Positions 40,097 through 52,333 of a stretch of 64,000 bases of DNA are shown piece after piece. Below the pieces are notes generated by a model that made no database searches, was not told the origin of the DNA, and saw only the letters and a program-made list of their open reading frames with translations. The stretch is taken from contig CAVTHO010000004.1 of assembly GCA_963734545.1 (NCBI GenBank), positions 96,001-160,000 of the forward strand, in the 5' to 3' direction. This DNA is from an uncultured Spirochaetota bacterium (GTDB lineage Bacteria > Spirochaetota > Spirochaetia > SZUA-6 > Fen-1364). Both the position numbers and the translations under genes were made by a program. Numbering within the stretch: position 1 is the stretch's first letter; each line of letters opens with the position of its first letter.

Positions 40097-41842
40097 TCAA
40101 AATACGAACATCTTTGCCGTGGTTCTGTCCCCATCAATCCAGCGGCCGTCGATGTACCCATCCCGCGCGATCACGACGTATCCCCCGACGGCAGGTACGC
40201 CGAGATTCTTCTTGATTATCTCCAGGGGGAAGGAGGCCTCAAAAGAGGAGCCCTTCATGCCGAAGTTCCCGAAGGTCTTGTCCAGCGATTCCCGCTGATT
40301 GTTCCTGAACCTCGGTATCTCGACATAAAATCGGCTCTCCCTCGGGTCATAATTGCATTCGGCGCCGAGATGGATCATCCCATTCTGCAAATCGAGACCA
40401 TACGAAACAAAATGGGAGGTGTAAAAATTGTGCGGATGGAAAAAAGAGCTGGGGGTGGCATCCTTCACGTCAAATCTCATATACAGATTCTTCTCATCCA
40501 CCGCGAGGTAAACCTTGTCAATGGCGAGGTTGCCTTTCTTTGCATTTCCCTTGTGAGAGAACGCAGGCAGAATCCCGTTCCAATCTTCGAAATTCCCGTC
40601 GATCTTTATGGTTGCGTGAGGCAGGTCCCGACCGACCAGTGTATCCTGAGGCGTTGCGGTCTCCTCCGGGGCCGGCACATTCTGCACTTCCGCTCCTGTC
40701 ATGAGCTCAGCCGGCGGCGACACGGAAGCATTGGTGAACTTTACCGAGACAGCTTCTTCAGATTCCAGAGTGACCGGGATCTTCTCTGTCTCGCCATTTT
40801 CATACCGCATCTCGAGCTCATGTGTCCCCAGCTCGACGTTCTCGATGGCCGCGGCGCGGCCTGCGGGTACCTGTCCCTGCTCAACGCCATCCAGCAGAAG
40901 AGTGCCGGTGCTGTTTGTCTCTATACTGACCTTTCCAAAGACTTTCTCGAGCTTGAAGGTCGTCTTTGCCTGCGGCGCGGAGGAGGCTGCTTCCCCTGGT
41001 GCGGGCTGTTTGCGCTGATCCCTCAGGAAGAGGAGGAAGCTCGAGCCTTCCTGGTGTCCTGAATCCTTGAGGTCGCCGAACAGCGGCGTGGTGCGCGTGA
41101 CGCCCAATCGAATCTGATTGTAGAGCATGAGCGGATCAAGATAGGGAGAGGTGTTTCCCTCCAGAGCAAGCTTGAGCTGGCGGACGAATTGAGACTCGTC
41201 GGGGACAGATTCTGAAGCTCCGGATGTGAGCACCTGCCGTGAGATTCGGGCGTATGCGTTCTTGAAGTACTGGTTCGTGATCTTCTGGGTCATGCCGCGA
41301 GTCGGATTGAGGAAATCTCCGGAGAAGCACGAATCGGCTATCAGCGCAACATGCTGGGCTTTCATGTTGCTGATGAAGCCTCTGATCTGCGCATTGGGAA
41401 GCCAGTTCGCCTGCTCATCGGCGTCCGTGCCTCCGTCCACGGGAATCCAGAACCCGGTATTGGATGTTTTGTCCAGATGCCCGTGCCCCGCATAGAATAT
41501 CAAAATGGAGTCTTCAGGCTCCAGGGTACTGATCAGCCTGTTGAAGAGCTTGATGATGCCTGCCTTTGTCGCAGCCTCGTCATAGAGCTCCAGGAAGTTG
41601 CTCACGAAGTATCTTCGGGAGAGGATTTCCTTGATCTCTTTCGCATCCTCCACGGGGTTTCGAAGCGCAATCCAGTTCTTGTACCTGTCCACTGCGATCA
41701 GCACGGCATATTGCTTTCCGACGACTGCTGTTTCTCCCTCCAGCTGACTGACGACGGTATTCAAACCTCGGAGGTCCGTGTTTTGAGCGAAGAGGGAAAA
41801 GCACAGGAACGACAGGAAGACACGCAGGACTGGTTTTTTCAT
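40097..41842 (-). CDS. Exported caspase-like (C14, orthocaspase) protease with PEGA-like and C-terminal beta-sandwich domains
   Basis: Signal peptide, YAVLIAVD.Y, LRNPVEDA, catalytic FYAGHG and IADSCFSG, LTSGASE.V.D, DGNFEDW carbohydrate-binding-like motif. Confidence 0.88.
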   Translation of the reverse strand: MKKPVLRVFLSFLCFSLFAQNTDLRGLNTVVSQLEGETAVVGKQYAVLIAVDRYKNWIALRNPVEDAKEIKEILSRRYFVSNFLELYDEAATKAGIIKLFNRLISTLEPEDSILIFYAGHGHLDKTSNTGFWIPVDGGTDADEQANWLPNAQIRGFISNMKAQHVALIADSCFSGDFLNPTRGMTQKITNQYFKNAYARISRQVLTSGASESVPDESQFVRQLKLALEGNTSPYLDPLMLYNQIRLGVTRTTPLFGDLKDSGHQEGSSFLLFLRDQRKQPAPGEAASSAPQAKTTFKLEKVFGKVSIETNSTGTLLLDGVEQGQVPAGRAAAIENVELGTHELEMRYENGETEKIPVTLESEEAVSVKFTNASVSPPAELMTGAEVQNVPAPEETATPQDTLVGRDLPHATIKIDGNFEDWNGILPAFSHKGNAKKGNLAIDKVYLAVDEKNLYMRFDVKDATPSSFFHPHNFYTSHFVSYGLDLQNGMIHLGAECNYDPRESRFYVEIPRFRNNQRESLDKTFGNFGMKGSSFEASFPLEIIKKNLGVPAVGGYVVIARDGYIDGRWIDGDRTTAKMFVF

Positions 41843-41918
41843 GGCACACCTTCTCAGGCCTCGAAGTGCCTGTCTCCACATTTGAACTGGCTGGCCTCGT
41901 CTCCTGCTTGCAATTGTT

Positions 41919-41947
41919 ACGGTACGGCAGAGAATATCGGGTGTCAA
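41919..41947 (-). promoter_or_regulatory. Sigma70-type promoter for the caspase gene
   Basis: Minus strand TTGACA-N17-TACCGT. Confidence 0.55.
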
Positions 41948-41997
41948 GGAGAGCTCTCGCCCGCCCTTGGTTGAGTATCTTGGAGGAGGGGGCATGC

Positions 41998-42462
41998 ATG
42001 AAGAATTTATCGCTCAGTATCCTGAGAGTGAGTCTGCTCCTGATTCTGCTCGGCTTCTTCATTCCAATCGGCTGCGATTCCAGCGGATACCAGATTGCGC
42101 AGGGCATGCTGGGAAACACAAAACAGGCAGGGAATGCCATCTTTCTGGAATCAATAGAAAACCTTTACGGGTATCTTCTGTTTGGAGTGTTTGTATTTGC
42201 CTTGTTGGGGCTTTTGTTCACTTTCACAGGCAAGGCAAAGAACAACTTTCTACCAGGGTCCGCAGGATTTGCCCTCAGCCTTCTCATGCTCATCATAGTC
42301 GTGCTGAGAATAAAATCCTTTCGAGATTCAGGGCTCCTGCATCTCGTACTCACAATCATCCCCATCAAGGTGAAACTTCTGATCGGGGGCTATTCCATGG
42401 CAGCGGGATATCTGGCAGGCGTGATTGGATTGCTGTTGAAGCTTCTGAAGATCTCAAAATGA
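41998..42462 (+). CDS. Small hypothetical membrane protein (about four TM helices)
   Basis: SD GGAGGAGG, hydrophobic segments, GFFIPIGC..SGYQIA. Lower GC than flanks. Confidence 0.7.
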   Translation: MKNLSLSILRVSLLLILLGFFIPIGCDSSGYQIAQGMLGNTKQAGNAIFLESIENLYGYLLFGVFVFALLGLLFTFTGKAKNNFLPGSAGFALSLLMLIIVVLRIKSFRDSGLLHLVLTIIPIKVKLLIGGYSMAAGYLAGVIGLLLKLLKISK

Positions 42463-42535
42463 CAGCGTGACGGACGGTCACTGACTGCAAACTAGGCTAT
42501 ACTACCACGGTGATTTGCCAGAAGACTGGAACTAG

Positions 42536-45500
42536 ATGAAGGCCGGAATTCTCACGGCTTACTTCGTGAGACGTGATGAAGCGAGAGAAGCCCTCCGCGC
42601 GCTCGGGAAAAAGGGCTTCCGCCGCGCCGCACTGATCCACAAGACCGCCGACGGACACGTACACACCCTGGACCCCTTCCTTTGGCGCCGCGCATTTGTC
42701 ATGACCTTCCTGGCAGTATTGTTCGGGGGATTGGCGGGAGCAGCTTTTCTGCTTTTCCAATGGTCGTGGCCGGGCCTGGGCACGCCTCTTTCAATCGCGG
42801 CTTCGATCCCGGGGGCCGGATCTGTCGGAGTCCTCCTTGGCTGGGCCTGGATGCGGAGATCGAAGCTCGGAGTCGAGCGAAAGCTCCTTGCGGATCATTC
42901 GCGCTGGCTGGCAACAGAGGAGACCGTCCTGATTCTCCAGGCGCCCATCGATCTCATGCGGTTCCCGGTGGCCGTGCTGCGGCAGAGTCGGTGAGATACC
43001 TCCCGTGGTCTCCGTGTTGAATCCAAAGCGCCCGAGCTCTGATCGATGATCCGGGGACCCTCGAGGCGCCGCTTTCCCCGGCACAGATGCAGGAGCATGC
43101 CAGGCGCATGGCCGTGGAAAACAAGGTGGATCCCGCGCCGCATCGGAACGCCAGGCTCCTCGAGCGGCTGAGACAGGCCCGGGAGTGGATCCACGTGGTG
43201 TGCGCGGATCTGTCGGAGGCGGCTCTGCTGGAACAGCGCTCGACCCCCATCGCCGAGTGGATCCTCGACAATGAGTACATCATCGAGGGCAACGTCAGGG
43301 ACGTCCAGCAGAACCTCTCCCGGCGTTTCTACCAGGCGCTGCCCGTGCTGGAAAACAAGCCTTACCAGGAGCTGCCGCGCATCTACGCGCTGGCCAAGGA
43401 GCTCGTCTCCCATGCCGGCCTGCGCCTGGACAGGGAGAACATCACTGCCTTTGTGGAAGCGTATCAGTCCGTGCGCACGCTGACGATCGCCGAGCTGTGG
43501 GCAATCCCCCAGATGCTGCGCATCGCATTGATCGAGGGCATCCAGGATCTCGCGGCCCGGGGCCTCACCGAGCTGCGGGATCGCGAGACCGCGGATTTCT
43601 GGGCGAACAGGCTCATCACGGCCAACCGGAGAGACCCCAACCACCTGTTCTCCATCATGGCGGAGCTTGCGGAGAATCAGCCCAGCCCGAGCCCCTACTT
43701 TGCTTTTCAGCTCATCGATCACCTCTACGACGAGGAGGCGGCGCTGGTGCCGGTGCAGGGCTGGCTGGAGCGCATCTATCGCAAGCCTCTCGGCGAGCTG
43801 AACTCGCGCGAGCAGAACCGCCAGACCAAGGATCAGATCTCGATCAGCAACGCCTTCACCAGCCTGCGGCAGCTCGCCCTGCTGGACTGGAGGCAGATCT
43901 TCGAACATGTCAGCCGAGGTGGAACGGCTGCTGCGGCTGGATCCCTCCGGCATCTACGCCAGGATGGATTTCGCCACGCGTGATCGGTATCGCCGCGCGA
44001 TCGAGGAGATTGCCCGCAGGTCCGGTCAGGCCGAGGAGAAAGTCGCCCAGGGCGCCATCGACCTGGCCGCGCGAGCCGGCGCGCAAATCGACCGCGGACA
44101 AGCTGTGGATCCATGTCGGGACCTACCTGATCGGTGAGGAAAGACGCGAGCTTACCCGACTCATCGGCTGCAGGGATGCCCTGTACTTCCGCATGCTGAA
44201 TTGGGCATACCGCCATCACTCCGCGGTCTATTTCCTGGGGCTCAGCCTCTTCTCCGCGCTGTTCCTCGCCGCGGTCGTGCTGCTGGGACTGCGCGAGCAG
44301 ACGTGGGAAACCCGGATCCTCATATCCCTCCTTTCGCTGATTCCCGTCAGCCAGCTTGCCCTCGAGATCGTGAACTACCTGGTCACGCGGATCTTTCCGC
44401 CCCGCACCCTGGCCAAGATGGATTTCGAAGCATCGGGAATTCCCGACTCGTTTCGCACGCTGGTCGTCGTGCCCATGCTGCTCGACGGATTCCCGGACGA
44501 TCGTCGAAGGAGGTCGGACAAGCTCGAAATCCGGTATCTGGCCAACAGGGAGGACAACCTGCTTTTCGGCCTGTTCACGGATTACACGGATTCGGAATCA
44601 GCACATCGTGGACGAGGACGAAGCGCTGCTCCAGGCGGCTGTTTCCGGGCTGGAAACCCTCAATCAACGCCATGGCGGGCGAGCGCTTCTTCCTTTTTCA
44701 CAGGGAACGGACCTGGAGTGAATCCGAGCAGAACTACATCGGCTGGGAGCGCAAACGGGGAAAGCTCGAGGAGCTCAACCGCCTGATCGACGGAACGAGG
44801 CCGGAAAGCGCCGACCGTCTCGTGTACGTGGGCCGGGCGGAGCGCCTGGCGGATGTCCGTTTCGTCATCACCCTGGACAGCGACACGCAGCTTCCTTCCG
44901 GTACCGCGCGCAGGATGATCGAGACCCTCGCTCACCCGCTGAACCAGCCCCGCTTCGATGCGGAAGGCAGGATCCTTGCCGGCTCGTACACGATCATTCA
45001 GCCGCGCGTGACCCCTTCCCTGCCGAGCACGAGCGCCTCGCCGTTCAGCCGCCTCTTCTCGATCGTGGCGGGAATCGACCCCTACACGAGGGCGGTATCC
45101 GATGTCAACCAGGATCTCACCGGTGAAGGCTCCTATCACGGAAAAGGCATCTATGACGTGCACGCCTTCAGCCGGGTCCTTTCCGGACGGTTCCCCGAGC
45201 AGAGGCTCCTGAGTCATGACCTGATCGAAGGCGCTCATGTGCGCGTCGGCCTTGCCAGCGATATCGAGCTTCTCGACGAGTTTCCGCGGGACTACCTGAC
45301 GTACGCGAGGCGGCAGCATCGCTGGATCCGGGGAGATTGGCAGATCGCGGATTGGATCCTCCCCCGTGTCCCCCGGCCGGGAGGAAGACGAGCGCCCAAC
45401 CAGCTCTCCTGGTTCAATCGATGGAAGATCCTTGATAACCTGCGCCGGAGCCTGATTCCCGCGGCAAGCCTGGCCCTGCTCGCCGTGGCATGGCTGATCT

Positions 45501-48500
45501 CGTCCCGGATGGAATGGATCTGCGCCCTGATCGTGGTCGCGCAGTTGTTCTTCCAGAACCTGGCGCAGCCTCTCACCTCGGCCACCACCCGTCATGGGCT
45601 TTCGAGACTCTCCCTCTCGAAGCAGGCCCATGACCTGCTGCGGACCCTTGTCGAGGCTTCCCTGATTCCGCACCAGGCCTGGCTGGCCCTGGACGCAATT
45701 CTTCGGGTGTGGTTCCGACGGCTCATCTCGCACAGGCATCTGCTCGAATGGACGGCGGTCCAGGCTAAAGGGGTTCCGTGCCCTCGTCTCACCTGCCGGA
45801 CTTCCTTTTCTCCACGGTAATGATAAGCGTGCTCAGCGGAATCGCAGGCTGGGCCGTGTACCGCTGGGCGCCGGCGATCCTCGTGCTGGCAGGCCCCTGG
45901 CTCGGATTGTGGCTGCTTTCCCCCCTCATCGGATGGCTCTTGAACCTTCGGCCGCGCGCAAAGCCTGATCGTGTCCGGCTTCCCGCGCGGGACCTCGCGT
46001 ACGTGAGGAAAGTCGCCCGCAGGACCTGGCGCTATTTCTCGGACTTCGTGTCTGATGAGACCTCCTGGCTTCCGCCGGACAACTACCAGGTCTTTCACCA
46101 GGACCAGCTCGCAATGCGCACCAGTCCGACGAACATCGGGCTCTGGATGCTCGAGCGCGCTGGCCGCGCGGGATTTCGGATATCTGACGGGAGACCAGGT
46201 CGTGGAAACGCTGGGGCGTTCAATGGAGACCATCGCCGGGTTGGAGCGTCATGAGGGCCATCTCCTGAACTGGTACGACGTGCAGACCCTGAAGCCCCTG
46301 GAACCCCGCTACGTGTCCACCGTGGACAGCGGAAATCTGCTCGGCTCCCTGTGGTCCCTGGAGCATGGGCTCGAAGAGCTGATTCAAAGACCGGTCCTGG
46401 ATGGAAGTCTCTTTGATGGACTGCGGGACACGGTGGAGGTCTTCAAGGAGGAAGCGGGGAAGGAAGGCATGACATTCCGGGAAGCCGGGGTCCTCGACGA
46501 GCTCTTGCGGACAAGCCGCGGCCCGACGGTGGGAGCATCCGCCGCGCTCCAACTGCTGCGGCAGGTAGAAGGGAGCGCGGGAGCGCCGGCCGAAGGAGCG
46601 GGAGAAGCCGGCGAGGATGAAGAGGGCAGGGCTTATTGGGCAAGGCACGTGCAGAGCCAGATAGCGGCCTGGCTGAGCATTCGGAACAGGTACCTGACCT
46701 GGGTCGAGATCATCACTGAGAAAACAGAAGAAGAAATCGCCCTGTTGGGGGATGAAGCCCTCAATGCCATCCGCCAGGATCTGCAAGCATGCCCCCTCGC
46801 TGCACAACCTCGCAAAGGGTCTTGTCGGCTGTATCCCGATTCTGCAATCGATCCGCGAGCAACCCTCTTCCGCTGCACGCTCTCTGCACGAGTGGCTCGA
46901 TCGAATCATCGAGGCATTCGACAAGTCGAAATGGCTGGCCGGCGAAATGCTGGGCCTGGCGGAGCAGCTCATCCAGAATGTGCGGGCGCTGTCCGAATCC
47001 ATCAACATGCGCTTCCTGTATGACAACAAGCGCAAGCTGTTCGCCATCGGCTTCAACGTTTCCGACGGCCGGCTGGACAGCGCCTCTTTACGATCTCCTG
47101 GCCAGTGAGGCGCGGATCGGCAGCTACGTCTCCATCGCCCGCGGGGAAGTTCCCATGGAGCACTGGTTCTCCATGGGCCGGCCTTACAGTGCAATCGGCC
47201 GGCGCCGGGTGCTGCTGAGCTGGACCGGGACCATGTTCGAATACCTGATGCCGCTCCTCCTCCAGCGCTCCTACGGAGGCTCGCTCCTTGACAGGGCTGC
47301 CCGGGAGGCCGTGGCCGTCCACATCGCCTACGGCCGCAAGCTTCACGTGCCCTGGGGCATCTCGGAGTCCGCCTACACGGACCTGGATGTCAACAAGACC
47401 TATCAGTACAAGGCCTTTGGCGTACCGGAGCTGGGATTGAAGCGGGGCCAGGGCAAGGAGCTTGTCGTTGCCCCTTATGCCAGCCTCCTGGCAATCGCGC
47501 TCGCCCCGAAAAAGACCGTGCAGAACCTGAGGCGCCTGGATTCGCTGGGCCTTCTGAACGAGTACGGCTATTACGAAGCCATAGACTTCGGCCGTCAGGC
47601 GAGCCGGGAGGGCGAGCGCGGGGTGATCGTGAGAGCGTACCTGGCTCATCACCAGGGTATGGGTTTCCTTTCAATGACCAATTTCCTCCACGGCAATCCG
47701 ATCCAGCGCCATTTCCACGCCGACGCGCGCGTACGCGCAGTCGAGCCGCTGCTCCACGAGAGCGTTCCCGGTCCTTCCCTCGCTGTACCACATCTCCACG
47801 CGCCAGAGGGTGCCTTCGGCTGACGTCTTCGGTGAAATCGCGCCGTCGGTGAGCAGGTTCGATTCTCCCCATACAGGCAAACCGAAGACGCTCCTGCTCG
47901 GCAATGGCCGCTATTCCCTGATGGTCACGAACTCGGGCGGCGGATACAGCCAGTGGGGCGACTTCGAGATCACGCGCTGGCGCTCAGATCGCACGCGCGA
48001 TCCGTGGGGAAATTACTGCTACATCCACGAGGCGGATTCGGATCGGCTCTGGTCCACCACCTATCATCCCACCGATGGAAAAGTCGAGCCGTACACCGCC
48101 GGCCTCGCCCTGGACCGTGCCGTGTTCCGGCGCATCGACAGCGGCATCGAAGTGGAAACAGAAGTCGTCGTCTCCCCTGAAGACGACGTGGAGATCCGGC
48201 GGATCACTCTCATCAACAGGTCCATCCGCACCCGCCGGCTCGAGCTCACCAGCTACATCGAGCTCTCCATGGCCCCGCACAGGGCGGACCTGCAGCACCC
48301 GGCCTTCAACAAGCTGTTCATACGGACCGAGGCGGTGCCGGAGCATCACGCGCTCCTCGCGGACCGCCGGCCGCGCGGGCAAAGCGACCCTCCCATCTTT
48401 ATCGCCCATCGCTTCACCACTGACACGGCGGGAGACGAGGCGCTGCGGTTCGACACGGACCGGCGCTCGTTCATCGGCCGGGGAGGCACGCTGGAGAGCC

Positions 48501-51500
48501 CGGCGGGCGCCCGCTCGGAGCCGGGCGGAAACCAGGGGTTTGTGCTGGACCCGATTCTCAGTATCCGCCGGAGCCTTGCCCTGGGTCCCGGCGAGAACGT
48601 GCGGATATCTCTTGTCATGGCCGCGGGTGAATCGAGACAGCGGGTCCTGGACCTGATGGACAAGTACGGCGACCCTCCCGCAGTTGATCGGGCCATGGAG
48701 TTCGCATGGGCCACCGCCCAGCTCGAGCTTCGGCTGCTCCGCATCCAGCCTGACGAGGCCAGGCGTTTTCAGGAGCTGGCCAGTCACCTCCTGTTTCCCA
48801 ACCCGCTCCTGCGCCCTCCCGAGGAACGCATTGAAGAGAACCGCCTGGGACAGGCAGGGTTGTGGGCGCATGGAATATCGGGGGACGTGCCGATCATCCT
48901 GGTCACCATTGGAGAGTCGCGGGATATCAGCCTGGTGAAGCAGTTGCTCCAGGCGCATTCCTATTGGCGCATGCGCGGCTTGAAGGCGGACCTGGTGATC
49001 CTCAACGAGGAGGCGGGCGGCTACGAGAAGCCGCTTCGCGAGCAGCTCGAGGCGCTGGTCCGGGCGCACGCGGCGGGCGCGGCGGAACAGACCGGCAAGG
49101 CCTTCCTGCGCAGCACGGATCAGCTCCCCGAAGCCGACCTGTCCCTCCTCATGGCCGCGGCGCGCGTGGTGCTCGTGGCGGCGCGCGGCACCCTGCCCCA
49201 GCAGATGGGCGTGCGCGGCGGAGGTTCCCCGAGGCGCAGGAATTCCTGGCCAGGAGACGCGCGCCGCGGGATCCCTCGGCGCCGCTGCCCTTCATGGAGC
49301 TGCCCTACTTCAACGGCCTGGGCGGCTTCACCCCTGACGGCCGCGAATACGCGATCTACCTCGGTCCCGGCGCTCACACACCGGCACCCTGGGTGAACGT
49401 CATTGCCAACCCGACGTTCGGCACCCTGGTCAGTGAGACGGGGCCGGGCTTCACCTGGTACGGCAACAGCCAGCGCAACCGGCTGACGGAATGGTCCAAC
49501 GATCCGGTGACGGATCCTCCGTCCGAGGCCGTGTACATCCGGGACGAAGAGACCGGTGTCTACTGGACCACCACGCTCTCCCCGATCCGGGAGGAGTCCG
49601 CCTACCGGGCGCGGCACGGCGCGGGATACACGGTCTTCGAGCACAACAGTCACGGGATCGAGCAGGAGCTGACGGTCTTCGTGCCGGTGGATGAAGCAGG
49701 CGGTGAGCCGATCAAGCTTCAGAGGCTGCGGCTGAAGAACGACACTTCCCGCACGCGCAGTCTTTCCATCACGTACTTCGTGGAATGGACCCTGGGGGAG
49801 AACCGCGAATCCTCCCAGATGCACGTCATCACCTCGTGGGACGACGAAGCGCGCGCCCTGACTGGCGCGGAACTACTATCACCCCGAATATGGAAGCCGG
49901 GTGGCATTTGCGGCCATCAGCCCGGCTCCACGGTCTTTCGGCGGGGACCGCACCTCTTTCATCGGGCGGAACCATTCACTGGCCTCCCCCATGGCGATGG
50001 AGCGGACCGCGCTCTCCTCTCGGACAGGGGCGGGCCTGGACCCGTGCGCGGCACTGCAGACGATCGTGGAGATAGCTCCCGGTGGAAAGGCCGAGATCAC
50101 CTGCATGCTGGGCCAGGCAGGGTCTGTGGAAGAGATGCGCGAGCTCGTTCTCACCTACCGCCGCGCGGCGGCAGTGGAGGCCGCGCTCGAGCGGACAAAG
50201 GCGTGGTGGGACGACCTGCTGGGAACGGTCGAGGTGCGCACCCCCGAGCTCGCGGCGGATTTTCTCATCAACCGCTGGCTTCTCTACCAGAGCCTGAGCT
50301 GCCGCATCTGGGGAAGGTCCGCCACGTACCAGTCAGGGGGCGCGTTCGGCTTCCGGGACCAGCTCCAGGACGTAACCGCGATTCTCTACGCGCGTCCCGC
50401 GCTGGCGCGGGAGCACATCCTGCGCGCGGCAAGCCGGCAGTTCACGGAAGGCGACGTCCAGCACTGGTGGCACCTGCCGGGCGGAGCGGGAATCCGCTCG
50501 CGCATCACCGACGATCTGCTCTGGCTTCCCCACGTGGTTGCCCACTATGTCCGGATCACCGGCGACAAGGCCATCCTGAACGCGGAGGTCCCCTTCCTGA
50601 ATGCCCCGTCGCTCGAGCCCGGGCAGCACGAGGTCTTCTCCACGCCCGAGGTCTCCGCGGAGAAGGCGACGCTGTTCGATCACTGCCGGCGCGCGGTCTC
50701 CCGCGGCCTGACGGCCGGGCCCCATGGGCTGCCCCTGATCGGGACGGGTGACTGGAATGACGGCATGAATCTCGTAGGGGTCGGGGGCAGGGGTGAGAGC
50801 GTCTGGCTGGCCTGGTTCCTCGTGGATGTGCTTCGGGGCATGGTCGAGCTCTCCGATGCGCTGGGGCGTTCTGAATTGAGCCGAAGCTACGCGCAGGAGA
50901 GGAAGACGCTCATCAAGCGCATCGAGCAGGCTGCCTGGGATGGGGAATGGTATCTGCGGGCGTTCTTCGATGATGGAACCTCCCTCGGTTCCTCCGCGAA
51001 CGCTGAGGCGGAGATCGATTCCATTCCCCAGTCCTGGGCTTCCCTGAGCGGCAGCCGGTGACGCGGAGCGCGCGGAAAAGGCCATGGAATCCGCATGGAA
51101 TCACCTTGTTCGGGAAGAAGAGGGCCTGGTGCTGCTGTTCGAGCCGCCCTTTGACAGAATGGAGCCATCCCCTGGATACATCAAAGGCTATCCCCCGGGA
51201 GTGCGGGAGAACGGCGGCCAATACACGCACGCCGCGCTCTGGTTCGCCATGGCGCTGGCGCGCCGCGGGAACGGAGAGCGCGCGGCAAAGATTCTCCGCC
51301 TGCTCAATCCGATCGAGCACACGGGCAGTCCCGAGTCAGCGCTGCGCTACGGGGTCGAGCCCTACGTGATCTGCGGCTGACGTGTATCGACTGCCCGGGC
51401 AGAATCGGCCAGGGCGGCTGGTCGTGGTACACGGGATCATCAGCCTGGATGTACCGGGCCTGGGTGGAAGAAGTGCTCGGATTGAAGATACAGGGGAACC

Positions 51501-51724
51501 AGATGCGCGTGGATCCGGTCATACCTGGTTGGTGGAAAGGCTTCAGCATGCACTACCGACATGGTGACGCGACGTATGAGATCCAGGTGGAGAATCCGGA
51601 TGGACGGCAGCACGGCGTGTCCTGCGTGGAGATGGACGGCCGGCGCCTGCCGGACAAGCTGATCCTGATTGAACGGGCCTTTGTCAAACACCGGATTCTC
51701 GTGCGCATGGGGGACAGCGCATAG
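42536..51724 (+). CDS. ndvB: Cyclic beta-1,2-glucan synthase (Cgs/NdvB/ChvB: GT84 + glucoamylase-like + GH94), many frameshifts
   Basis: EWILDNEY, ELWAIPQMLR, GWERKRGKL, ITLDSDT, LSHDLIEG, RQHRWIRGDWQ, LPPDNYQ, SWTGTMFEYLMP, APWVNVIAN, YQSGGAFGFRDQLQD, GDWNDGMN, GVRENGGQYTH in order across successive frames. Confidence 0.93.
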
Positions 51725-51727
51725 GCC

Positions 51728-52333
51728 ATGCGCACTGTTCGTCCTCCTGCGCCAACAGAGAGCGCCATCGTGGTCGAGCTGGTCCTCCAATCGGACTGTG
51801 GAATGCTCCCCGCCTTGTTCGGAGACGACGTGAAGGCCCTCATCCGTCATTTGCAGACCCTGTCTTCAAATCCCTACTCCGCTGAGAACACCCTCGTGAT
51901 CATCGACGAGCCGCGATCACCGGCAGTCGTGGGAGCGCTGGTCGGCTCCCTTGCACGGGTCATCCGGCGGACGAATATGCGCACGGCAGCCCACCTCTTC
52001 AGATGGTACGGGCCGGCAGTCGTTGCTCGATTTCCCATGCTTGCCCGGGCGGGCAAGGCGCTGGAGGCTCTCGAGCCGGAAGACTACTACCTCTCCCACA
52101 TTGCCGTCCTGCCTGAGCATCGCGGAAAAGGATTTGGACGAGAGCTCCTCATGGCAGGAGAAAAACAGGCCCGTCAGCAGGGAGCGCGCCGGCTCATCCT
52201 GGACGTGGAAGAGCACAACGAGGCTGCTCGTTCCTTCTACACCCGGCTGGAATACCACGCGGCATCGGTCATCCGCATCGACCTTGCAAGGCGCGGCGTG
52301 TTCTCCTTCAGACGACTACTCAAGATCCTGTGA
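51728..52333 (+). CDS. GNAT N-acetyltransferase
   Basis: YYLSHIAVLPEHRGKGFG, LDV...NEAARSFY. 3 bp after ndvB. Confidence 0.9.
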   Translation: MRTVRPPAPTESAIVVELVLQSDCGMLPALFGDDVKALIRHLQTLSSNPYSAENTLVIIDEPRSPAVVGALVGSLARVIRRTNMRTAAHLFRWYGPAVVARFPMLARAGKALEALEPEDYYLSHIAVLPEHRGKGFGRELLMAGEKQARQQGARRLILDVEEHNEAARSFYTRLEYHAASVIRIDLARRGVFSFRRLLKIL

